Source: Pseudomonadota bacterium
GTDB lineage: Bacteria > Pseudomonadota > Gammaproteobacteria > Enterobacterales > JBCCZV01
Direction: 5' to 3'
DNA length: 64,000 nucleotides
Assembly (NCBI GenBank): GCA_039187085.1
Contig: JBCCZV010000001.1
Coordinates: 13,442-77,441, forward strand
Shown: positions 41,527 through 53,080 of the stretch, in pieces
Layout of the letters: every line of letters starts with the position of its first letter
How positions within the stretch are numbered: position 1 is the stretch's first letter
Notes under the pieces: generated by a model
Database searches by the model: none
What the model was told of the DNA's origin: nothing
Seen by the model: only the letters and a program-made list of their open reading frames with translations
Program-made: the position numbers and the translations under genes

Positions 41527-42393
41527 TCATTCGCCAAAAGCACCATTATTGGTTAAGTTTTTCTCACACCAACGTATGAACTGATTAGTATGCTCATGAC
41601 TTAACCAACGTGTTATCGATTTACGATAGGCAGGATCACGAATAGTGCGACGCAGAACAACATTGATTTTACGAATTACTTCAGCACCCCAAGCATTATT
41701 GGTACAGGCTATATGACCAGTAAGTATCTCATCAACTTCAGCGATCGGCCTCATGGCATAGCCCTGAGGTTTCAATAGTCCACCAAATGCATAAATTGCT
41801 TCGAAAGGAAAAGCAATCACACTGTCTATACGCCCTCTTTGAAGCATTCGAAAAAGACCACTATTTTCTGAAGACTTTTGCAAAATAATTTTTTTTGGGT
41901 TGTTTTTGTAACTGGATATTATTTGATCTACACGTTGATCATAAGACCGCCCTCCAGTTATACCAATACTCATTCCCGTTTCTTCTAAAAATTGATAAAG
42001 AGACAATGCGCGAGTCGATGTAAGCTTGGTGTGAACTGCAGGAAAAACCAAAACTGCGCCGGGGAGTGCTACGGTAGGCTCGGAGAAAAGAGCCGAAGTT
42101 CTCCGCTCATCATTCTTCAACATGGCAGGATGACAAAGATTTTTACCGCTTGCCATAACATCAATGACCCGGTTCATAGGCATGATAACGCTGCTATGCT
42201 CATAACCATTTAGCCCTCCGGTTATCGACTGCAGCAAGTAATCCGTCATACCTTCACCTTTGTGATTGCCATCAAGAATCATCAAAGGCGGAACATGGAA
42301 TTTTGCCCAGGTTATTTCTTTCAACTCAGCATGCAGCTTAGCCATGAAGAAGCTGCTACAAAAACAGCTGAATACGATTAATGGTTTTTTCAA
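41527..42393 (-). CDS. Periplasmic solute-binding-protein-like protein (family-3 SBP fold, TIGR02285-like)
   Basis: The body resembles orphan SBP_bac_3-like proteins. The likely start is TTG at 42393, giving signal peptide MKKPLIVFSCFCSSFFMAKLHA|E. The longest ORF extends to 42522. Confidence 0.6.
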   Translation of the reverse strand: MKKPLIVFSCFCSSFFMAKLHAELKEITWAKFHVPPLMILDGNHKGEGMTDYLLQSITGGLNGYEHSSVIMPMNRVIDVMASGKNLCHPAMLKNDERRTSALFSEPTVALPGAVLVFPAVHTKLTSTRALSLYQFLEETGMSIGITGGRSYDQRVDQIISSYKNNPKKIILQKSSENSGLFRMLQRGRIDSVIAFPFEAIYAFGGLLKPQGYAMRPIAEVDEILTGHIACTNNAWGAEVIRKINVVLRRTIRDPAYRKSITRWLSHEHTNQFIRWCEKNLTNNGAFGE

Positions 42394-42527
42394 AGCTATT
42401 CGATATGTTAGTTGCTTTCTGAGTAACCCAATATAAAACACAAATCCTTCCTCAAAAACGATAAAGTTTTTGACAAAACTTGAGATCACATAATGACAAA
42501 TTAACCAACTGAGCCTTATCATTAGAG

Positions 42528-43349
42528 CTATTGCGTGTTTCTTTGTTTAATTTTTCTTAAGCTTTCTTTCGCTAATTGCTGTGTACTGCCACCATACTCT
42601 TTGATCACCTCTTCAAATAAAACCGATGCCGCTTCCCATTGATTATTTCTCATTAAAATACGACCTTTTTTAATTTTCGAGTCGCCCACTCGCGGTGACT
42701 TTGGAAATTGATTGATAACTATGTCAAACGCTCTTTCTGCTTCAGAAAACTGACCCTGCACATAGTGGACTTGACCCATCCAATAATACGCATTTGGCGC
42801 AAGTTGACCATTAGGAAAAGTGGTTAGAAATTCTTGGTATCTTTGCAAAGCTTCTAAGTATTTTTTCTCTCTCACCAGTGGAAAAATCGTTTCGTAGGCT
42901 TTTCTTTCATCCATTGCATTCGCTTCTACAGAATTATCGTCAAGGGCTTGCACAGACTGTTTGGTAGACGCTTGTTCCAAATTAAGTTGATTCGCAGAAA
43001 CTCCGGAGTTTGCGGGTATTGAGGTGTTAATTCCAACTTGGCTGACTTGACTCATTCTTTCATCAAGATCACGATAAATTTCTCTTTGACGTTCTGTTAA
43101 TTGCTTAAGTTGATAGTTCAATTCTTCAAGTGTACCCCGTAATTCTTGATTTTCGGTTTGCAAGGTTTTAATAGTTCTCTGTTGTTCGACTTGAAACTGG
43201 GTTTGATTTTTAAGCAATCGTTCTATTTTTTGTAGTCGTTGCTCCATGGTTAGGTTGCCATTTTCGGCGTGAAGATTAGCCGAAAGCAATAAACAAGCTG
43301 CAACCCACGACACTATTTTTTTTATCAGATTAAAATTGGACATAATCAT
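42528..43349 (-). CDS. cpoB: Tol-Pal system protein CpoB (YbgF)
   Basis: 273 aa with a signal peptide, an N-terminal coiled coil (QTLQTENQELRGTLEELNYQLKQL) and a C-terminal TPR domain. Follows pal. Confidence 0.85.
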   Translation of the reverse strand: MIMSNFNLIKKIVSWVAACLLLSANLHAENGNLTMEQRLQKIERLLKNQTQFQVEQQRTIKTLQTENQELRGTLEELNYQLKQLTERQREIYRDLDERMSQVSQVGINTSIPANSGVSANQLNLEQASTKQSVQALDDNSVEANAMDERKAYETIFPLVREKKYLEALQRYQEFLTTFPNGQLAPNAYYWMGQVHYVQGQFSEAERAFDIVINQFPKSPRVGDSKIKKGRILMRNNQWEAASVLFEEVIKEYGGSTQQLAKESLRKIKQRNTQ

Positions 43350-43491
43350 TTAAAACCGTTGAGTAGTGTTAAATTTTAGAAGATTGAATTGAGAAATACA
43401 GAAAAGACATTATCATCGAAATAATGTGTGCCAAGCTGGAGCCACCCTGAAACGGCGAGAGATGCTCGAATAGATTAAAAAGCTTGGTATT

Positions 43492-43532
43492 TTATCGTTT
43501 GCTCTTAGAAAGACGCAAAAAGCAAACGATAA
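43492..43532 (-). other. Hairpin between pal and cpoB (11-bp stem TTATCGTTTGC/GCAAACGATAA)
   Basis: Perfect inverted repeat with a 19-nt loop, followed on the minus strand by AATACCAAGCTTTTT. Possible partial terminator or processing site. Confidence 0.35.
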
Positions 43533-43556
43533 ATGAATTACTGAGCAATATACCAA

Positions 43557-44087
43557 TTATTGGTTATAAACGATCTCAGCACGTCGATTTTGTGCCCAAG
43601 AATCTTCATCACGCGAGAAAGCAATAGGTTTTTCTTCGCCGTAGCTAACTACTTGGATTTGTGTTTCATTAGCACCATAACTTTTGAAGATTTCCAAAAC
43701 AGCTTTAGCTCGTCTTTCGCCTAGTGCGATGTTGTACTCAGGGGTGCCACGTTCGTCCGCATGACCTTCAATAGTCACGGTAAGATTTGGGTTGTTAGCA
43801 ATGAACCGGCCATGTGCTGCGAGTACTTCGTCGAATTCACCGCGAAGATCAGATTTATCAAAGTCAAAATAAATAGTACGAGTTTGACGGATTTGCGCAT
43901 CTCTTTCAGCAGCAAGCTCTTCTGCAGTTGGTACACTCTCGGTAGGTGTTTCAACAACAGTCTCTTCAACTGGTGGTGGCGTTGTTTCTTCTACTTGCGT
44001 TTCCTGAGCACCATCACTTGCACAGCCGGCCATGAGAACAAAAGTCAAACTCACTACTGCGCCTTTGGCGAAACCATTAAAATTCAT
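43557..44087 (-). CDS. pal: Peptidoglycan-associated lipoprotein Pal
   Basis: Lipobox LMAG|C and an OmpA-like C-terminal domain (TIEGHADERGTPEYNIALGERRA). ATG at 44087 with an AGGAG SD. Confidence 0.93.
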   Translation of the reverse strand: MNFNGFAKGAVVSLTFVLMAGCASDGAQETQVEETTPPPVEETVVETPTESVPTAEELAAERDAQIRQTRTIYFDFDKSDLRGEFDEVLAAHGRFIANNPNLTVTIEGHADERGTPEYNIALGERRAKAVLEIFKSYGANETQIQVVSYGEEKPIAFSRDEDSWAQNRRAEIVYNQ

Positions 44088-44227
44088 TTTTTGAGCTCCT
44101 ACAATTAATTTCAATTATTGTCAATTATAAATAGACTGTCATCTTATAACAAAACTCGCATAAATTTGAGCACTATTTAATTTTTCCAATATTCGACTTA
44201 TACAAAATTAGGTTTTGTTAAATAGAC

Positions 44228-45562
44228 TCAGTTGAAAAATGGGGACCAAGCTGGAGCTCGAACCTCACCTTTCCTAGCTGGTAATGTAAAATTAAAACGC
44301 CCATCAGTTGAAACGGCCGCTAAAATCTGTCGCCTACCGGATACTGTGGCATAGAGTATCATGCTTCCATTAGGCGCTAAACTGGGTGATTCGTCTAAAT
44401 GTGTTTTAGTTAACACTTGTGTTGCCCCGCTGTCTAAATCGAGTGTGGCAATGTGAAACACTTGGTCTGCACGATGTACTAAAACTAGCCGTTTCCCGTC
44501 AGGAAAATACGAAGCTCCAGCGTTATAATTGCCAGTGAAGGTCAATCGTTCTACATTAGTCCCATCTTTATTAATACGATAAATTTGTGGTCGTCCACCT
44601 CGATCTGATGTAAAAATCAGCGATTCCCCATCAGGAGCCCAGGAAGGCTCAGTATCTATTGCTCGATTTCTTGTCAATCGAGTGGTCTGTCTCGTAATCA
44701 AATCTAGAACATAAATCTCAGGATTACCATCTTTGGATAACACCATTGCTAAATTTTGACCATTTGGCGACCAGGAAGGAGCCCCATTGATACCGGGGTA
44801 CGAAGTGACAAATTCTCTCTCTTGAGTTTGCAGGTTATGTAAAACAATTGATGGTCGCCCTCTCTCAAAAGAGACATAAGCCACAATATCGCCTTGTGGT
44901 GACCAAGAAGGAGACATCAAAGGCTCTTTAGATTTAAACATTAAGCGTGAGTTAAAGCCATCAACATCAGCGACATAGAGTTGAAAAGGATATTCTCGTT
45001 GATAGTCAATAGTGACGTAAGTGATCTTGGTTGTGAAAGCCCCGGGAATACCCGTCACAGCCTCAAAAATAGAATCACTCATACGGTGAGTCACATAACG
45101 AGTATCTTTAGCAGGGAAACGAAATGATTTTCTTAAAGCCATGGACTCATCAAAAACAGCAACTCTCTGCATAAGTCCTACATTGTAAACCTCATAACTT
45201 AATACAATTTTTCCATCAGCTAATTCTTGCAAACGGCTTCGCACTAACCAATCAACATTCAGAGATCGCCATGGATACTCGAAAAAAGCCTTATCATTAA
45301 AAAAATCCATTTTTGGAAATTTAGCTCGGGATAAAGGTGAGAATTTTCCTGAGCGTCTTAAGTCACTGGATACGATGGTATCAACTGGCTGCGGAGCGAA
45401 TCGTGACTGACCTTCCCAGACTACCGGTAAGATGGCTATTGGTATAGCATTATCGACACCTTCTGTAATTCGAATCTCTAAGAGAGACTGTGAGTACACA
45501 CTTGCAGAAAATATAACCACAAGGAGATAAGCCAAGCATCTCCAAACCCCACATCTAATCAT
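44228..45562 (-). CDS. tolB: Tol-Pal system beta-propeller protein TolB
   Basis: 444 aa with a signal peptide, the TolB N-domain and repeated SPxWSPDG-type propeller blades. Confidence 0.95.
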   Translation of the reverse strand: MIRCGVWRCLAYLLVVIFSASVYSQSLLEIRITEGVDNAIPIAILPVVWEGQSRFAPQPVDTIVSSDLRRSGKFSPLSRAKFPKMDFFNDKAFFEYPWRSLNVDWLVRSRLQELADGKIVLSYEVYNVGLMQRVAVFDESMALRKSFRFPAKDTRYVTHRMSDSIFEAVTGIPGAFTTKITYVTIDYQREYPFQLYVADVDGFNSRLMFKSKEPLMSPSWSPQGDIVAYVSFERGRPSIVLHNLQTQEREFVTSYPGINGAPSWSPNGQNLAMVLSKDGNPEIYVLDLITRQTTRLTRNRAIDTEPSWAPDGESLIFTSDRGGRPQIYRINKDGTNVERLTFTGNYNAGASYFPDGKRLVLVHRADQVFHIATLDLDSGATQVLTKTHLDESPSLAPNGSMILYATVSGRRQILAAVSTDGRFNFTLPARKGEVRAPAWSPFFN

Positions 45563-45618
45563 AATAAAGTTTCAACTATGTTATGTTTTTAAAATTAATG
45601 TTTATTGTGAGCTGTACA

Positions 45619-46536
45619 TTATAAGCTGGTTGAAGCAAAGTCAAAACGGTAACGAATTTCACGCAACCGATTAAACACATCCGAATCTGTTGGTACTGGT
45701 AAAGGTTGCGACTTAAAAACCGCTGACTCAGCACGTTCGCAAGTAATAGGGTCACCTTGAATATCTTTGACACTGACAACCATTCCACCAGGACCAATGC
45801 GAACGGTGAGAACACACTCACTGATCACACCCGAGGTGTTAAAGTTTTGAGTAATCTTATCTTTAATCAACAAACGATATCTTTCAACTTCACTCAGTAC
45901 AGCTTGCTCTCTTGCCGCTGCGGCTTGCTCTTGCTCTAACGCTAATTCTTCAGCCAATAAACGCTCTGCTTCAGCCTTTCTGCGAGCTTCTTCTTCACGT
46001 TGTCTTCTTTCTTTTTCTTCTTTTTCGCGTTTTGCTTTTGCATCAGCGATGCGTTTTTCTTCCGCTTTACGTTTTTTCTCAGCTTCGGCAGCAGCTTCTA
46101 ATTCTTTTTGACGAAGAGCTTCTGCTTCTTGACGCTTTTGTTCTGCAAGTTTTTGCTCCGCCTCTGCTTTACGTTTTTTTTCCTCAACTATTTTTCGCTC
46201 TTTTTCTTCCTTCAATCGTTTCTCTTGAGCTTGTTTAGCTTTTGCCTCTTCAAGTTTACGTTTGCGCTCCATTTCTTGTAATTTTTTTTGTGCATCGGCT
46301 TGCTTTTTCTGTCGCAAATCTTCTTGGGCTTGTTGACGCTGCCGTATTTTCTCGCGTGTTTCGTCAATTTTTACTTGATCAATGGCTTTAGCTTGAATAA
46401 TAGGGGCGCTTGGTTTTTCTTCTGGTTTCAAACTTTCAAAATCGATACTACCGACTAGCAATAGCACCAATAATAAATGCATGATAAAAGAATACAAGAA
46501 GGGTAACAGCCTGGTTTGCATTAAAGTAAGCTTCAT
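45619..46536 (-). CDS. tolA: Tol-Pal system protein TolA
   Basis: 305 aa with an N-terminal TM, a long Lys/Glu/Ala-rich helical domain II and a TolA C-terminal domain. Confidence 0.85.
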   Translation of the reverse strand: MKLTLMQTRLLPFLYSFIMHLLLVLLLVGSIDFESLKPEEKPSAPIIQAKAIDQVKIDETREKIRQRQQAQEDLRQKKQADAQKKLQEMERKRKLEEAKAKQAQEKRLKEEKERKIVEEKKRKAEAEQKLAEQKRQEAEALRQKELEAAAEAEKKRKAEEKRIADAKAKREKEEKERRQREEEARRKAEAERLLAEELALEQEQAAAAREQAVLSEVERYRLLIKDKITQNFNTSGVISECVLTVRIGPGGMVVSVKDIQGDPITCERAESAVFKSQPLPVPTDSDVFNRLREIRYRFDFASTSL

Positions 46537-46539
46537 TAG

Positions 46540-46971
46540 TTATTGCTCGCTTGAATCTACCATAAGGCCCACACTCTCGACACCTTCGCCTTTCAATAAA
46601 ACCATTAAGGTCATCACTTGATCATAGCTAACCGAACGATCACCATTAACCATAACCGGTGTTTTCGGGTTTTCTTGCAAATACGCTTGCACAAATCGAC
46701 GTAAATCTTCCTCAGCTAATGCCTTGTCTTGTTGCTCGCCATAAGTTAAATAGTAAAGACCATCTTTATCGATACTTGCTATTAGTGGTGTTTCTTCATC
46801 TTGCGGTAGGGGCTCAGCTTCACCAACGGGCAGCTCGACTTGTACACCAGCGGTAATCAAAGGTGCTGTCACCATAAAGATCACTAAAAGTACTAACATA
46901 ACATCGATATAAGGGACGACATTAATTTCAGCGACTTGACGATGACGTTTTCGTGGAATTACGGCTGCCAT
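46540..46971 (-). CDS. tolR: Tol-Pal system protein TolR
   Basis: 143 aa. ExbD/TolR signature EINVVPYIDVMLVLLVIFMV. Confidence 0.92.
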   Translation of the reverse strand: MAAVIPRKRHRQVAEINVVPYIDVMLVLLVIFMVTAPLITAGVQVELPVGEAEPLPQDEETPLIASIDKDGLYYLTYGEQQDKALAEEDLRRFVQAYLQENPKTPVMVNGDRSVSYDQVMTLMVLLKGEGVESVGLMVDSSEQ

Positions 46972-46979
46972 TTTGACTC

Positions 46980-47660
46980 CTAAGAAGCACTATGCGCTTT
47001 TCTGTGTAAAATACCTGAAAACTCTTCAACAAAGTTTTGGAGTTGGTTTTCTAGGTGATTCACGCTGTTAGCAAAACGGTTATAAAAAATAACCGCAGGT
47101 ATTGCTGCAAATAACCCCATAGCTGTGGCTATCAGAGCTTCTGCTATACCAGGAGCCACCATAGAAAGCGTAGCTTGTTTAACCTGACCTAGCGCGATGA
47201 AAGAATTCATAATTCCCCAAACAGTACCAAACAACCCAATATAAGGTGTTGTTGAGCCTACAGTGGCAAGGAAAGACAAATGTTGTTCTAGAATTTCAAC
47301 TTCGCGAGACATAGCCACTCGCATCGCTCTATGGGTTCCATCCATGATAGCTTCAGGAGAAGCCCCACCTTGATTACGTAATCGACTGAACTCCTTATAT
47401 CCCGCGTGGAATATGACTTCCAAGCCTTCTGCTGATTTTTGTTTTGAAGAGATGTCTGCATATAATTTGTTAAGATCGGCTCCCGACCAAAAGCGGTCTT
47501 CAAAACGGCTAATGGATTTTTTTGCGTGGTTTAAAATTTTAAGTCGTTGAAAAATCATTGCCCAAGAGACAAATGAAATCAATAAGAGCGTTATCATGAT
47601 GAATTTGACAACCAAACTGGCTTGCATGAACAAGCCCCAAATCGACATATCTGCGTGCAC
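46980..47660 (-). CDS. tolQ: Tol-Pal system protein TolQ
   Basis: 226 aa. MotA/TolQ/ExbB channel signature (TVGSTTPYIGLFGTVWGIMNSF...VAPGIAEALIATAMGL). Confidence 0.95.
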   Translation of the reverse strand: MHADMSIWGLFMQASLVVKFIMITLLLISFVSWAMIFQRLKILNHAKKSISRFEDRFWSGADLNKLYADISSKQKSAEGLEVIFHAGYKEFSRLRNQGGASPEAIMDGTHRAMRVAMSREVEILEQHLSFLATVGSTTPYIGLFGTVWGIMNSFIALGQVKQATLSMVAPGIAEALIATAMGLFAAIPAVIFYNRFANSVNHLENQLQNFVEEFSGILHRKAHSAS

Positions 47661-47685
47661 TTATCACCCTCCGATAAAACTACGA

Positions 47686-48126
47686 TTAGTCGTTTTCATT
47701 GATTTTTTCATGTGATGCATTATCCAAAAATTGTATCAGTTGATCACGTATATCCTGAGGTACCGGCCGAGGTTTCATCAATTGTGGAGAAATACACCCA
47801 ATTTTCACCTCTGCTTCTGCAGCCACGCGTTCATTGTCTTTAAACACGACTTTTTGAAAAAAAAGTAAACTAGCTCTTCTCAATTGCTTTAAAGTAACAC
47901 TGACAACAAGCTGATCATCGAGCTTAGCAGCTTTTTTAAACCGTATATTAGCTGAGACAACAGCAAAACCAACCTGTGATTTTAGCAAATCACTTTGCTC
48001 AATACCTATATGCCGTAACCAATCTGTTCTAGCTCTTTCAAAAAACTTAAGATAATTAGCGTTGTAAACAATTCCCAACGCATCAGTATCTTCATAATAA
48101 ACTGTTATTGGAAGAGTAAAGCTCAT
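47686..48126 (-). CDS. ybgC: Tol-Pal-associated acyl-CoA thioesterase YbgC
   Basis: 146 aa. Hotdog-fold motif VYYEDTDALGIVYNANYLKFFE. First gene of the tol cluster. Confidence 0.9.
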   Translation of the reverse strand: MSFTLPITVYYEDTDALGIVYNANYLKFFERARTDWLRHIGIEQSDLLKSQVGFAVVSANIRFKKAAKLDDQLVVSVTLKQLRRASLLFFQKVVFKDNERVAAEAEVKIGCISPQLMKPRPVPQDIRDQLIQFLDNASHEKINEND

Positions 48127-48150
48127 AATGACCTATCTTGAAATCGAGGG

Positions 48151-49158
48151 TTAATCACCATCCATACTTATACCAAAATGCAAATAAGCCTTGTCCGTTG
48201 CAACTCTTCCACGAGGGGTCCGATGAATAAAGCCTTGTTGGATTAAAAAGGGTTCTAAAACATCATCAATGGTGTCTTTTTCTTCACCAATCGCCGCAGC
48301 TAAGCTCTCAAGCCCAACCGGACCACCTGAAAAATTTTCAATGATGGATAGTAAAAGTTTTCTATCTAATGTATCAAATCCTTGGTCGTCAACATCTAAC
48401 AAGTCTAAAGCCTTGGCTGCGGTAATAGCATCGATAATGCCGTTACTTTTCACTTCAGCATAATCCCGTACTCTACGCAGTAAACGATTGGCTATACGCG
48501 GAGTCCCTCGTGAACGACGAGCGATTTCTCTTGCGCCTTCTTCCTTAATTTCTAGCTTTAACAACCTGGCAGAACGAGACACTATGTCCGTCAAATCTTT
48601 AACATTATAAAACTCCAAGCGTTGAACAATACCAAATCTATCTCTAAGTGGTGAAGTCAACAGGCCTGCTCGTGTAGTCGCCCCAATTAAGGTAAACGGA
48701 GGTAAATCAATTTTAATGGAACGCGCAGCCGGCCCTTCACCAATCATAATATCTAATTGATAATCTTCCATAGCTGGGTATAGCACTTCTTCTACCACCG
48801 GACTCAATCGATGTATCTCATCAATAAAAAGGACATCATTAGGTTCTAAGTTAGTCAGCAAAGCCGCTAAGTCACCGGCTTTGTCGAGAACAGGTCCTGA
48901 GGTATGCTTGATACTTGCGCGCATCTCGTAAGCGATAATATTAGCCAGAGTGGTTTTACCCAAACCAGGGGGACCAAAAATTAACACATGGTCTAAAGCT
49001 TCTTGGCGTTTTTGAGCAGCTTCAATGAAAATTTCCATTTGTGACCTGACAGCTGGCTGGCCTTGATAATCTGATAAAGCTTTTGGTCGAATAGCACGGT
49101 CTATAACTTCTTCGTCATGCAAGGCGTTTGAAGCCAGCAAATTTTCTGGATCTATCAT
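48151..49158 (-). CDS. ruvB: Holliday junction branch migration ATPase RuvB
   Basis: 335 aa. Walker [10 protein letters not shown], Walker [10 protein letters not shown] and the RuvB C-terminal winged helix. Confidence 0.97.
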   Translation of the reverse strand: MIDPENLLASNALHDEEVIDRAIRPKALSDYQGQPAVRSQMEIFIEAAQKRQEALDHVLIFGPPGLGKTTLANIIAYEMRASIKHTSGPVLDKAGDLAALLTNLEPNDVLFIDEIHRLSPVVEEVLYPAMEDYQLDIMIGEGPAARSIKIDLPPFTLIGATTRAGLLTSPLRDRFGIVQRLEFYNVKDLTDIVSRSARLLKLEIKEEGAREIARRSRGTPRIANRLLRRVRDYAEVKSNGIIDAITAAKALDLLDVDDQGFDTLDRKLLLSIIENFSGGPVGLESLAAAIGEEKDTIDDVLEPFLIQQGFIHRTPRGRVATDKAYLHFGISMDGD

Positions 49159-49196
49159 AAGTTCGAGTGGGCTCTGTAAATTCTATGGAGCATTAA

Positions 49197-49835
49197 TTAC
49201 ATCATACCTTTTAGCGCGCGTTTTATTAATTCTTCACTACTTAAACCTGCTTCGTCTACAGCGGAAATAGCTTTACTCGCCGCTTGTGGTTTATAACCTA
49301 AATTGACTAATGCACTCACAGCATCCTGTATCGTTGTATTTACTTGAGACACCCGCTTTGCTGTCAAGGTTTTCGCATCCTGTTCAGGAGCGGCAACTAA
49401 AGCAAAATCACTTTCTGGTTCAGAAAACAGCCAATCTTTGAGCCGATCTTGCATTTCAATCACAAGCCTTTCTGCCGTTTTTTTCCCCACACCAGGCAAT
49501 TTAACGAGTTTTGAAGACTCGCCTTGTTTGACACAAGCAACAAACTCTTCAACGTTCATACCTGAAAGGATAGCAAGTGCCAACTTAGGGCCTACACCAC
49601 TGACTTTGATAAGCTCTCTGAAAAGCTGGCGTTGGCTTTTGTCGCTAAAACCAAACAAGTTGTGCGCATCTTCACGTACACTGAGATGCGTAAATAAACT
49701 GACTGGTTCTCCGCACAAAGGTAATGCAAAAAACGTTGACATAGGTGCTTGCAATTCATAACCAACACCTTGAACTTCGATTAATAAATGTGGGGCTTGG
49801 CGCTCAACCAAAATGCCTTTGAGTCGTCCAATCAT
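49197..49835 (-). CDS. ruvA: Holliday junction DNA helicase subunit RuvA
   Basis: 212 aa. MIGRLKGIL... OB domain and tandem HhH motifs ([25 protein letters not shown]). Confidence 0.95.
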   Translation of the reverse strand: MIGRLKGILVERQAPHLLIEVQGVGYELQAPMSTFFALPLCGEPVSLFTHLSVREDAHNLFGFSDKSQRQLFRELIKVSGVGPKLALAILSGMNVEEFVACVKQGESSKLVKLPGVGKKTAERLVIEMQDRLKDWLFSEPESDFALVAAPEQDAKTLTAKRVSQVNTTIQDAVSALVNLGYKPQAASKAISAVDEAGLSSEELIKRALKGMM

Positions 49836-49847
49836 AACGTTACCTTT

Positions 49848-50381
49848 TTATTTGATTCTTGCCACTTTTGCTGTTTGCTTTAACGAAGTAAAATTCCCAT
49901 GACATATTGCGACCGCCAAAGCATCAGCGGCATCAACAGGAGGCTGGCGGTTAAGATTAAGAAGCAACTTTACCATGTGTTGAATTTGATGTTTTTCTGC
50001 TGCCCCGGTTCCAACAACAGCTTGTTTTATTTGTCGAGCGGAATATTCACCCACAGTAAGCCCATGTGCAGCAACGGCAGTGATTGCAGCTCCTCTTGCT
50101 TGACCTAGTTTTAAAGCTGAATCAGCATTTTTTGCCATAAAAACTTTTTCTATAGCGGCTTCATCAGGTTTATATTGTTTGAGAATACCGGATAATCCTG
50201 AAAATATTTCATGGAGCTTGTGAGAAAGGTCACCTTTCTCAACACGAATACAACCACAAGACAAAAATTGATAGCGGTTATTGATACGTTTCACCACACC
50301 ATAACCAGTTATTCTCGATCCAGGGTCGATACCTAGTATGATTGACACCCTTTTATTTGAACCTCGATAGATAAAACTCAA
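49848..50381 (-). CDS. ruvC: Crossover junction endodeoxyribonuclease RuvC
   Basis: [35 protein letters not shown] and [12 protein letters not shown] motifs. Start uncertain (TTG at 50381 or GTG at 50348). Confidence 0.93.
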   Translation of the reverse strand: MSFIYRGSNKRVSIILGIDPGSRITGYGVVKRINNRYQFLSCGCIRVEKGDLSHKLHEIFSGLSGILKQYKPDEAAIEKVFMAKNADSALKLGQARGAAITAVAAHGLTVGEYSARQIKQAVVGTGAAEKHQIQHMVKLLLNLNRQPPVDAADALAVAICHGNFTSLKQTAKVARIK

Positions 50382-50458
50382 ACAGGTAAATACCTAATCC
50401 TATGTATTGAGCGCTGAAATTTCAAACGCTCTTTTAATACGTCTTTCTATGCATGCCT

Positions 50459-51199
50459 CTAAAGCTGTGACATGATATCTTCAGAAATTTCAGCATTGGT
50501 ATAGACATTTTGCACGTCGTCAAGTTCTTCTAGCATATCAACTAACCGCAACAGCTTTTGCGCGCCATCAAGATCAAGTTCCGCAGATGTTGATGCAACC
50601 ATAGTGACTTCAGCATTCTCCGCTTTTAACCCTGCTGAGTCTAAGGCGTCTTTGACATGGCCAAAACTTTCAGGGGTGGTAATAACATCTAAGCTACCAT
50701 CATCATTGGCGACCACGTCTTCAGCACCGCCATCTAAAGCAACCTCCATCACTTTGTCTTCATCAGTATCGAGAAAACTAATTTGTCCTTGTTTCGTGAA
50801 CAAGTAAGCAACTGAACCTTCGGTACCCAAGTTACCTCCTGCCTTGCTAAAAGCGTGCCTGACTTCTGCTACCGTACGGTTGCGATTGTCAGTCATTGCT
50901 TCAACCATAACCGCAGTACCACCCGGCCCGTAACCCTCGTAGACCAACTCATCAACATTGGCTTCGTCGTCACCACCAGCACCACGTTTTACTGCACGAT
51001 CGATGGTATCGCGGGTCATATTTGCGCTTAAGCCTTTATCAATAGCGGCACGTAACCTTGGGTTGGCATCTGCATCACCACCACCCATTTTGGCAGCTAC
51101 AACAATTTCTCGGATTAATTTTGTAAATAGCTTACCGCGCTTTGCGTCTTGTGCTTTTTTCCGATGTTGTATATTGGCCCACTTACTATGACCTGCCAT
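50459..51199 (-). CDS. yebC: YebC/PmpR-family DNA-binding regulator
   Basis: 246 aa. [14 protein letters not shown] signature at the N-terminus. Confidence 0.93.
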   Translation of the reverse strand: MAGHSKWANIQHRKKAQDAKRGKLFTKLIREIVVAAKMGGGDADANPRLRAAIDKGLSANMTRDTIDRAVKRGAGGDDEANVDELVYEGYGPGGTAVMVEAMTDNRNRTVAEVRHAFSKAGGNLGTEGSVAYLFTKQGQISFLDTDEDKVMEVALDGGAEDVVANDDGSLDVITTPESFGHVKDALDSAGLKAENAEVTMVASTSAELDLDGAQKLLRLVDMLEELDDVQNVYTNAEISEDIMSQL

Positions 51200-51292
51200 T
51201 TTACGCCTCCAAAATCTTTAAACTTATTTTTAGTGTTAGAACAGGGTTAAATGGAATCCTTGTACATACCAAGTCCCTCCCCATTTTTTTAT

Positions 51293-53080
51293 CTAGCCAT
51301 CGCTTTCTTTTTTTACTGAAGCCACCCGAATGCCAAGCTCTGTCAACTGCTCAGGACTCACTATAGAAGGCGCTTCGGTCAAAGGACAGCTAGCCGATTG
51401 CGTTTTAGGGAAGGCAATCACGTCACGAATTGATGTTGATTCAGTCATTAACATCACAATACGATCGAGCCCGAACGCAATGCCACCATGTGGTGGACAA
51501 CCATATTTTAGAGCATCTAACAAGAAACCGAATTTGTCTTTTGCTTCTTCAGAGCCAATACCCAATAATTCAAAAACTGCCTGTTGCATCTCCGGCGTAT
51601 GAATACGAATCGAACCACCACCTATCTCTGAGCCGTTTAATACCATATCGTAAGCTCGTGAAATAATATCCCTTGGTTGATTTCTCAAATCATCAATCGA
51701 TTCAATAGCAGGTGCGGTGAATGGATGATGCAGTGAATGTAAACGTCCATCAACTTCTTCAAACATCGGAAAATCAACAACCCATAAAGGTTTCCACTCA
51801 TCTTTTATTAAACCTAGATCTTCAGCCAATTTGATACGTAACGCACCTAAAGCTTCGCAAACAACTTTATAATTATCAGCCCCGAAGAAAATTAAATCAC
51901 CTGTCTCAGCTTGAGTTCTCTCTAAAACGGTTTCACAAATTTCTGGTGATAAGTGTTTAACAATAGGCGATTGCAAACCCTCTATTCCCGCCTCACGGTC
52001 ATTAACTTTGATATAAGCCAAGCCTTTCGCGCCATAGATGCCAACAAATTTTGCATAATCGTCAAGCTGTTTGCGTGTAAGATTTTTGGCGCCTTGTGGT
52101 ACTTTTAATGCCGCTACTCGCCCTTTAGGATCACTAGCTGGACCAGAAAACACTTTAAACTCAACGTTAGACACCACATCGGCAATATCAACCATCGATA
52201 AATCGAAACGTAGGTCAGGCTTATCACTTCCATAACGCTGCATCGCGTCTTTATAGGTTAATCGTGGAAATGGATTAGGTAATTCTACACCTAATTGTTG
52301 TTTGAAGAGCTGCCGAATCATATTCTCCATAAAAGTCATGATAGCCTCTTCATCCATAAAGGAGGTTTCGATATCTAATTGAGTAAATTCAGGCTGACGA
52401 TCGGCTCGAAGATCTTCATCACGGAAACAACGCACAATCTGATAATAACGATCAAAGCCCGCCATCATGAGTAACTGTTTAAATAGCTGAGGCGATTGCG
52501 GTAAAGCAAAAAAACTACCTTTATGCGTTCGGCTAGGCACTAAATAATCGCGAGCGCCTTCTGGCGTTGCTTTTGTTAAAATTGGGGTTTCAACATCCAG
52601 AAAACCATTATTATCGAGATATCGACGTAAAATCGAACTGGTTTGAGCACGAAATCGTAATCGATATTGCATATCTTCACGCCGTAGATCCAAGTACCGA
52701 TGTTTTAAGCGTTGCTCTTCGCTAACGTCTCCTTGATTATCCACAATCGGAATGGCTGGCGTTTCAGCGCGATTCAGTAGTATAAGTTGTTCACCTACCA
52801 CTTCGATGGCGCCAGTTTTAACATTAGGGTTGACCATGGAGTCCGGACGATTTCTCACTCGCCCCTTAACTTTAAGAACAAATTCACTTCTTAAGGTTTC
52901 GGCAGTCTGAAATATCTCCGGTAAATCTGGCTCAAAGACGACTTGCACGAAACCTTCACGATCACGTAACTCTATGAAAATAACACCACCGTGATCTCGG
53001 CGACGATGTACCCAACCACAAAGTTCAACTTCTTGACCGACTTGCTCTTTGGTCAGCGCCCCGCTGTAATGACTACGCAT
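51293..53080 (-). CDS. aspS: Aspartate--tRNA ligase
   Basis: 595 aa with an N-terminal OB anticodon-binding domain, class II motifs ([30 protein letters not shown]) and the bacterial insertion domain. Confidence 0.97.
   Translation of the reverse strand: MRSHYSGALTKEQVGQEVELCGWVHRRRDHGGVIFIELRDREGFVQVVFEPDLPEIFQTAETLRSEFVLKVKGRVRNRPDSMVNPNVKTGAIEVVGEQLILLNRAETPAIPIVDNQGDVSEEQRLKHRYLDLRREDMQYRLRFRAQTSSILRRYLDNNGFLDVETPILTKATPEGARDYLVPSRTHKGSFFALPQSPQLFKQLLMMAGFDRYYQIVRCFRDEDLRADRQPEFTQLDIETSFMDEEAIMTFMENMIRQLFKQQLGVELPNPFPRLTYKDAMQRYGSDKPDLRFDLSMVDIADVVSNVEFKVFSGPASDPKGRVAALKVPQGAKNLTRKQLDDYAKFVGIYGAKGLAYIKVNDREAGIEGLQSPIVKHLSPEICETVLERTQAETGDLIFFGADNYKVVCEALGALRIKLAEDLGLIKDEWKPLWVVDFPMFEEVDGRLHSLHHPFTAPAIESIDDLRNQPRDIISRAYDMVLNGSEIGGGSIRIHTPEMQQAVFELLGIGSEEAKDKFGFLLDALKYGCPPHGGIAFGLDRIVMLMTESTSIRDVIAFPKTQSASCPLTEAPSIVSPEQLTELGIRVASVKKESDG

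Noticed and set aside
45912-46238. 108-aa Leu/Phe-rich ORF antisense to tolA, and apparent repetitiveness of this DNA
   Set aside because: It is a mirror image of the Lys/Glu/Ala-rich TolA domain II codons (AAG/GAA/GCT read as CTT/TTC/AGC). This is low-complexity coding sequence, not a repeat element or a gene.
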